Made by a program: the position numbers and the translations under genes. This document shows, one piece after another, positions 58,812-64,000 of a stretch of DNA of 64,000 bases. Source of the stretch: Hydrogenophilales bacterium (GTDB lineage: Bacteria > Pseudomonadota > Gammaproteobacteria > Burkholderiales > Thiobacillaceae); NCBI GenBank assembly GCA_041639515.1, contig JBEQCD010000001.1:27347-91346 (forward strand), given 5' to 3'. The notes beneath the pieces are model-generated. The model was not told where the DNA came from. It did not search any database and was given only the letters and a program-made list of their open reading frames with translations. Numbering within the stretch: the first letter of the stretch is position 1; the number at the start of each line of letters is the position of its first letter.

Positions 58812-59186
58812 ATGAACGCCGCCCGCATCGATTCGCTCGACACCCTTCGCAGGCGTATTCGTGCCTTCGCCGAGGCACGCGCCTGGACGGATTACCACAC
58901 CCCCAAGAATCTGGTGATGGCGCTGACTGTCGAAGCAGCCGAGTTGCAGGAACCGTTCCAGTGGCTCACGCCCGAACAGAGTCTGGCTCTGGGTCCCGAG
59001 CAGCACGAGGCGGTCCGTCAGGAAATCGCCGATGTGTTGATCTATCTGACCCGGCTGGCCGATCTGCTGGATATCGATCTGCTCGATGCCGCTGCGGACA
59101 AACTCGAAATCAACGCCCGCAAGTATCCGGTCGACAAGGCGCGCGGCAATGCCCTCAAATATTCGGAACTGCCCCAAGATGACTGA
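58812..59186 (+). CDS. MazG-like nucleotide pyrophosphohydrolase
   Basis: W..YHTPKNL..AL..EAAEL.E.FQW, EIADV and NARKYP motifs. Confidence 0.9.
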   Translation: MNAARIDSLDTLRRRIRAFAEARAWTDYHTPKNLVMALTVEAAELQEPFQWLTPEQSLALGPEQHEAVRQEIADVLIYLTRLADLLDIDLLDAAADKLEINARKYPVDKARGNALKYSELPQDD

Positions 59187-59496
59187 TTCCCACTTCAAGC
59201 ACCACGTCTTCTTCTGCACCAACCAGCGCGAGGACGGTGCCAAGTGCTGCGGTGAGTCTGGCGGCCAGGCCATGCGCGACTACCTCAAGAAGAAGGTCAA
59301 GCACGCCCACCTCAACGGCCAGGGCAAATGTCGCATCAACAGTGCCGGCTGCCTGGACCGCTGTGATGAAGGCCCCTTGCTGGTCGTCTATCCCGAGGGC
59401 ATCTGGTACACCTACGTGGACGAGACCGATATCGACGAGATTTTCGAGCAGCACCTCAAGCAGGGCCGGATCGTCGACCGCCTTCAGCTGAAGTGA
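59179..59496 (+). CDS. Thioredoxin-like [2Fe-2S] ferredoxin
   Basis: HVFFCTNQR...CC and AGCLDRCDEGP..VVYPEGIWY motifs. Confidence 0.93.
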   Translation: MTDSHFKHHVFFCTNQREDGAKCCGESGGQAMRDYLKKKVKHAHLNGQGKCRINSAGCLDRCDEGPLLVVYPEGIWYTYVDETDIDEIFEQHLKQGRIVDRLQLK

Positions 59497-60095
59497 AACG
59501 CTACAAACTCCGCATTCCGATTTCGGTCGGCCGGCTGGAAACCGTGATCGACGACCCGGAAACCGAACGCCGGGGCCTGCTGCTGGTCGCTCACCCCCAC
59601 CCCCTGCACGGCGGCAGCCTGGAGAACAAGGTGGTGACAACGCTCGCCCGCGCCGCCAACGAAGCGGGCTGGGTCAGCGTCCGGCCGAATTTCCGGGGTG
59701 TGGGCATGAGCGACGGCAACTTTGACGCCGGCGTAGGCGAAACCGACGACCTGCTGACGGTCACCCGCTTTGTGGAAGCCAGCTATCCCGGCCTGCCCTG
59801 GGTATTGGCCGGCTTTTCCTTCGGCGCGTATGTCCAGCACCGCCTGCGTCAGCAGCTCGACGCCCGCCGCCTGATTCTGGTTGCGCCTGCAGTCACCATG
59901 TATGAGTTCGACCCGGTGCCGGCGGACACGGTTGTGATCTTCGGCGACGCCGACGAACTGATTCCACCCGCCGCCATCCGCCTGTGGGCCGACCAGCATG
60001 GCCTGACTTCCCGGATCATCCCCGAGGCTGGCCATTTTTTCCACGGCAAGCTTGCGGAACTGAAGCAGAGTTTTGTTGAATCCTGCCCATGCTGA
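59493..60095 (+). CDS. Alpha/beta hydrolase
   Basis: [19 protein letters not shown] and GHFFHG motifs. Confidence 0.9.
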   Translation: MKRYKLRIPISVGRLETVIDDPETERRGLLLVAHPHPLHGGSLENKVVTTLARAANEAGWVSVRPNFRGVGMSDGNFDAGVGETDDLLTVTRFVEASYPGLPWVLAGFSFGAYVQHRLRQQLDARRLILVAPAVTMYEFDPVPADTVVIFGDADELIPPAAIRLWADQHGLTSRIIPEAGHFFHGKLAELKQSFVESCPC

Positions 60096-60994
60096 CCGTC
60101 ACCGGCCTGTGCAAGCGTTACGGCAATACCGATGTGGTGCGGGGGCTCGACCTGCACGTCAGGCGCGGCGAGTGCTTTGGCCTGCTGGGCCCCAACGGGG
60201 CGGGCAAGACCACCACTCTGCGCCTGTTGCTGGGCCTCATCGAGCCCGACGCGGGCAGAATCGAACTGGCCGGTATTCCCGTGCCTGAACGGGCACGGGA
60301 AGCACGCATGAAGATCGGCGTGGTGCCGCAGATGGACAATCTCGACCCGGATTTTTCGGTGCGTGAGAACCTCATCGCCTACGGTCGCTATTTCGGCATG
60401 TCTCGCGCCGCCATCAGCACGCGGGTCCCCGAGCTGCTCGATTTCGCCGGCCTGGCCAGCAAGGCCGACGCCCAGATTGCGCAACTGTCCGGCGGCATGA
60501 AGCGGCGCCTCACGCTCGCCCGCGCGCTGGTGCACGACCCCGACATTCTCTTTCTCGACGAACCGACCACCGGCCTCGACCCGCAGGCACGGCATCTCAT
60601 CTGGCAGGGCCTGCGTCGTCTGATCAACGCCGGCAAGACCATCGTGCTCACCACCCACTTCATGGACGAGGCCGAGCGGCTGGCCGACCGGCTCGCCATC
60701 CTCGACCACGGTCGGGTCGTAGTCGAGGGTGCCCCACGCACGCTGATCGAATCGCACATCGAACCGGCCGTGGTCGAGGTCTACGGTGAAGGCCTGTCCG
60801 ACTGGACGCGCGATGTCGCCGGCAGCGTGTGCCGGCGTGCGGAAACCGTCGGCGAAACCCTCTTCTGCTACACCGACAACGCCGAGCGTGTGATCGACGC
60901 ACTCAAACAGGCCCCTGCGCTGCGCTACCTGCACCGGCCGTCGAACCTGGAAGACGTGTTCCTCAAGCTCACCGGGAGGGATCTGCGTGATTAA
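60089..60994 (+). CDS. nodI: NodI-like ABC transporter ATP-binding protein
   Basis: [31 protein letters not shown] and [12 protein letters not shown] motifs. Confidence 0.85.
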   Translation: MLTVTGLCKRYGNTDVVRGLDLHVRRGECFGLLGPNGAGKTTTLRLLLGLIEPDAGRIELAGIPVPERAREARMKIGVVPQMDNLDPDFSVRENLIAYGRYFGMSRAAISTRVPELLDFAGLASKADAQIAQLSGGMKRRLTLARALVHDPDILFLDEPTTGLDPQARHLIWQGLRRLINAGKTIVLTTHFMDEAERLADRLAILDHGRVVVEGAPRTLIESHIEPAVVEVYGEGLSDWTRDVAGSVCRRAETVGETLFCYTDNAERVIDALKQAPALRYLHRPSNLEDVFLKLTGRDLRD

Positions 60995-61763
60995 GCTGCC
61001 GCGCCTGTCCTGGCGCTTCATCCCGGTGTGGCAGCGCAACTACCTGGTGTGGAAGAAGCTCGCCATTCCGTCCATCCTCGGCAATCTTGCCGACCCCATG
61101 CTCTACATGCTGGGGCTCGGTTTCGGACTGGGCAGCCTGCTGCCCGACGTGGATGGCATGTCGTATCTCACCTTCCTGGCTGCCGGCACCGTGGCCTACA
61201 GCACCATGAACGCGGCGACCTTCGAAGTGCTGTATTCGAGCTTCTCGCGCATGCATGTTCAGCGCACCTGGGATGCCATCCTCAATACACCGATGACGCT
61301 CGACGATGTGCTGTTCGGTGAACTGATCTGGGCGGTATCGAAAAGCCTGCTCTCCGGGCTCGCCATCCTGGCTGTGATCTGGGGGCTGGGGCTGTATGGC
61401 AACTTCTGGCTCACGCTGGCCATCATCCCAGTGGTCGCGCTGGTCGGTTTCTGCTTCGGCGGCATGGGCCTGGTGATGAATGCGGTATCGCCGAGCTACG
61501 ACTTCTTCCTGTATTACTTCACGCTCGCCATCACGCCGATGGTGCTCCTGTGCGGGGTGTTCTTTCCGGTGTCGCAACTGCCGCCCATCCTGCAGGCCAT
61601 CTCGGCCTGGTTGCCGCTCACCCACGCCATCGATCTGGCGCGCCCGCTGGTAGTCGGCTCCGTACCCGGCAACATCGGCCTGCATGCCTTCGCACTTCTG
61701 GCTTACGGTAGCGCGGGTTTCATCATCGCACTGGCGCTTACCCGGCGACGCCTGCTGCGCTGA
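60987..61763 (+). CDS. nodJ: NodJ-like ABC-2 permease
   Basis: [17 protein letters not shown] and LPLTHAIDL motifs; about six TM helices. Confidence 0.85.
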   Translation: MIKLPRLSWRFIPVWQRNYLVWKKLAIPSILGNLADPMLYMLGLGFGLGSLLPDVDGMSYLTFLAAGTVAYSTMNAATFEVLYSSFSRMHVQRTWDAILNTPMTLDDVLFGELIWAVSKSLLSGLAILAVIWGLGLYGNFWLTLAIIPVVALVGFCFGGMGLVMNAVSPSYDFFLYYFTLAITPMVLLCGVFFPVSQLPPILQAISAWLPLTHAIDLARPLVVGSVPGNIGLHAFALLAYGSAGFIIALALTRRRLLR

Positions 61764-61820
61764 TGGCGAGCGGGCTGGCCGGGTTGCTGTGGATGCGCCG
61801 CCAAGCGCGCCCGCGTCTGG

Positions 61821-62756
61821 TCAGGACGAGGTAACGCCCGCCGCCTGCTGGTCGGCGTGATAGCTCGACCGCACCATCGGCCCGCATGCGGCCTGCTTGA
61901 ATCCCATCGCCAGCGCTTCCTGCTCGAACTGGGCAAAGCGCTCGGGCGTGACGAAGCGCAACACCGGCAGATGGTGTTTGGACGGTTGCAGATACTGGCC
62001 CAGGGTCAGCATGTCGACGTCGTGCGCGCGCAGGTCGCGCATCACGTCCAGAATCTCGTCGTCTTCCTCGCCCAGTCCCAGCATCAGGCCGGACTTGGTC
62101 GGCACGTCAGGATGGCGCGCCTTGAAATCCTTCAGCAGCTTGAGCGAATGCGCGTAGTCAGCCCCCGGGCGCGCAGCCTTGTACAGGCGCGGCACGGTTT
62201 CGAGGTTGTGGTTCATCACGTCCGGCGGCGCGGCGTCGAGAATTTCCAGCGCGCGGTCGTGGCGACCCCGGAAATCCGGGGTGAGAATCTCGATGCGCGT
62301 CTGCGGTGACGCCTCGCGCACAGCGCGGATGCAGTCGATGAAGTGCTGCGCCCCGCCGTCGCGCAAGTCGTCCCGGTCCACCGATGTGATGACGACGTAT
62401 TTCAGCGCCATCGCAGCGATGGTCTCGGCGAGGTGGGCGGGTTCATCGACATCCGGTGGCAGCGGCGTGCCGTGGCCCACGTCGCAGAAGGGGCAGCGAC
62501 GCGTGCACAGGTCACCCAGGATCATGAAGGTGGCCGTGCCGTGGCCGAAGCATTCGCCCAGATTCGGGCACGAGGCTTCCTCGCATACGGTGTGGAGTTT
62601 TTTCTCGCGCAGGATGCCCTTGAGCCGTTGCACGTTCGGCAGGTTGGGCGACTTGGCGCGTATCCACGGCGGCAGCCGCATGCGCTCCTGCGGCACGATC
62701 TTGATCGGGATGCGCGAGGTTTTTGCCGCGCCTTTGTGCTGGGTGGGGTCTGCCAT
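61821..62756 (-). CDS. lipA: Lipoyl synthase
   Basis: [12 protein letters not shown] and CTRRCPFC cluster motifs; RSSYHA. Confidence 0.98.
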   Translation of the reverse strand: MADPTQHKGAAKTSRIPIKIVPQERMRLPPWIRAKSPNLPNVQRLKGILREKKLHTVCEEASCPNLGECFGHGTATFMILGDLCTRRCPFCDVGHGTPLPPDVDEPAHLAETIAAMALKYVVITSVDRDDLRDGGAQHFIDCIRAVREASPQTRIEILTPDFRGRHDRALEILDAAPPDVMNHNLETVPRLYKAARPGADYAHSLKLLKDFKARHPDVPTKSGLMLGLGEEDDEILDVMRDLRAHDVDMLTLGQYLQPSKHHLPVLRFVTPERFAQFEQEALAMGFKQAACGPMVRSSYHADQQAAGVTSS

Positions 62757-62791
62757 AATGCTCGCCTGCGTGTGAAACCGGATTTTAGCCT

Positions 62792-63349
62792 ATGCGCCGA
62801 TTGACGCTGTCCCTGCTCGTGGCATGGCCGTTTGCCGTCTGTGCCGACGCCCCCACCCTCGACCCCGAAACCGGGCTGGCCACCTGGCAGACCGAAACCG
62901 GCGGTGTGCAGGTGCGCCTGACCCAGATCGGCCCGGATCAGGCACGTGCCTTCTACCAGGCACGCGGCTTTTCTGCGCAGGCGGCAGAACGCTATGCCGC
63001 CGAATGTGTGTTCATGACCGTGGTGCGCAATGTCGGCGACACGCCGGTCGAACATCGACTGGCCGACTGGCGTTACCTGCATCAGGGCAAGCGCCTGCCC
63101 ATCCGCAGCAAAACCGAATGGGCGCAAATATGGAAGCAGCTCAGGGTGAGCGAGGCGGCGCGCATTGCCTTCGACTGGGCACAGTTTCCCGCCACGCAGA
63201 CCTTTGCGCCGGGCGACTGGAACCAGGGCATGACGACCTACCGCGTCGGGCGGGGCGAACGCTTCGACCTGCAGTTTGTCTGGCGCAAAGACGGAAAAAA
63301 ATTTTCAGGAACCCTGCAAGAGGTGCAATGTGCCGCAGACGCTTCGTAA
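62792..63349 (+). CDS. Uncharacterised exported protein
   Basis: Signal peptide; coding-like codon usage; overlaps the downstream TlpA gene. Confidence 0.75.
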   Translation: MRRLTLSLLVAWPFAVCADAPTLDPETGLATWQTETGGVQVRLTQIGPDQARAFYQARGFSAQAAERYAAECVFMTVVRNVGDTPVEHRLADWRYLHQGKRLPIRSKTEWAQIWKQLRVSEAARIAFDWAQFPATQTFAPGDWNQGMTTYRVGRGERFDLQFVWRKDGKKFSGTLQEVQCAADAS

Positions 63350-63878
63350 CGCCCTCGCAGCCGGCCTCGTCGGCTTGAGCCTGATGCTGCCGGCTGGTCC
63401 GGCCACGGCGGCCGACCCGCCTCCGCTGTCGCACAGCCTCACCACCCAGCCGGCAAAACCCGCACCGGCCCTGAAGCTGAAGGATACCGACGGCACCCTC
63501 CACGACTTCGCCCAACTCAGGGGCAAGGTCGTGCTGGTGAATTTCTGGGCAACCTGGTGTCCGCCCTGCCGGCGGGAAATGCCGTCCATGCAGCGACTGA
63601 AGGACACGCTCGCCGGTGAAGCCTTCGAAGTGCTGGCGGTCGACGTGGGCGAAGACGCGGACACGATCCAGGCCTTTACCAGTCAGCTCGATACGCAACT
63701 GACTTTCCCCATCCTGCTCGACACGCGCGGCCGCACCATGCGCGAATGGAAGGTGGCGGGCCTGCCCACCACCTATCTGGTCGACAAACAGGGACGCATT
63801 GTCGCCAGTGCTATCGGTGGCCGGGAGTTCGACCATCCCGAACTGGTCGCGGCGATTCGGGCCGTGCTGAAGGATTAG
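63330..63878 (+). CDS. TlpA-family thiol:disulfide oxidoreductase
   Basis: Signal peptide; VNFWATWCPPCRREMP and GLPTT motifs; GTG start after an AGAGG RBS. Confidence 0.9.
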   Translation: MPQTLRNALAAGLVGLSLMLPAGPATAADPPPLSHSLTTQPAKPAPALKLKDTDGTLHDFAQLRGKVVLVNFWATWCPPCRREMPSMQRLKDTLAGEAFEVLAVDVGEDADTIQAFTSQLDTQLTFPILLDTRGRTMREWKVAGLPTTYLVDKQGRIVASAIGGREFDHPELVAAIRAVLKD

Positions 63879-64000
63879 ACCATCACCCACACCTGCCCGT
63901 CCGCCACCTTCACCGGATAGGTGCGGATGGGTTCGTCGGCCGGGTCGCAGGTGGGCTGGCCAGTGGTGAGATCGAAATAGCTGCCGTGCAGCGAGCACTT
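63875..64000 (-). CDS. Rieske-type ferredoxin (C-terminal part; 5' end outside window)
   Basis: Own translation KCSLHGSYFDLTTGQPTCDPADEPIRTYPVKVADGQVWVMV*; Rieske box 2 CxxHG. Confidence 0.85.
   Translation of the reverse strand, partial: KCSLHGSYFDLTTGQPTCDPADEPIRTYPVKVADGQVWVMV

Noticed and set aside
60089-61763. Nodulation capability
   Set aside because: No nodABC or nod box in the window; NodIJ-like pairs are widespread in non-symbionts.
1-64000. CRISPR arrays, tRNA/rRNA, IS/integrase or prophage genes
   Set aside because: No spaced direct repeats, RNA-gene signatures or mobile-element ORFs were recognised, and intergenic gaps are short; a covariance-model search was not possible.

Overview
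GC-rich betaproteobacterial chromosomal segment. Gene content and order suggest a Thiobacillus-like Nitrosomonadales organism, but this is inference only. From left to right: (1) an aa3-type cytochrome c oxidase cluster (SCO-like partial gene, SURF1, DUF2909, coxC, DUF2970, ctaG, small assembly peptide, coxA, coxB with fused cytochrome c, DUF2244); (2) a bioBFHCD operon headed by an unknown membrane protein, divergent from comF; (3) a sulfurtransferase with a sigma54-type promoter, a DUF4394-like secreted protein, dGTPase and aroB; (4) a ~42 kb exosortase A/PEP-CTERM surface-glycan locus (16.9-58.6 kb); (5) MazG-like hydrolase, 2Fe-2S ferredoxin, alpha/beta hydrolase, NodIJ-like ABC exporter, lipA, a secreted protein plus TlpA, and a partial Rieske ferredoxin. 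The glycan locus has the conserved XrtA core plus a large tailoring arm: many glycosyltransferases, two sulfotransferases, three deacetylase-like proteins, a methyltransferase, a Cys-less amidotransferase and a GT2-membrane-'sulfatase-like' fusion. The best candidate for an undescribed system is this apparently sigma54-controlled pathway for a sulfated, multiply decorated glycan. No rRNA, tRNA, CRISPR array or transposase was seen. Family assignments come from motif recognition by eye, not database searches.
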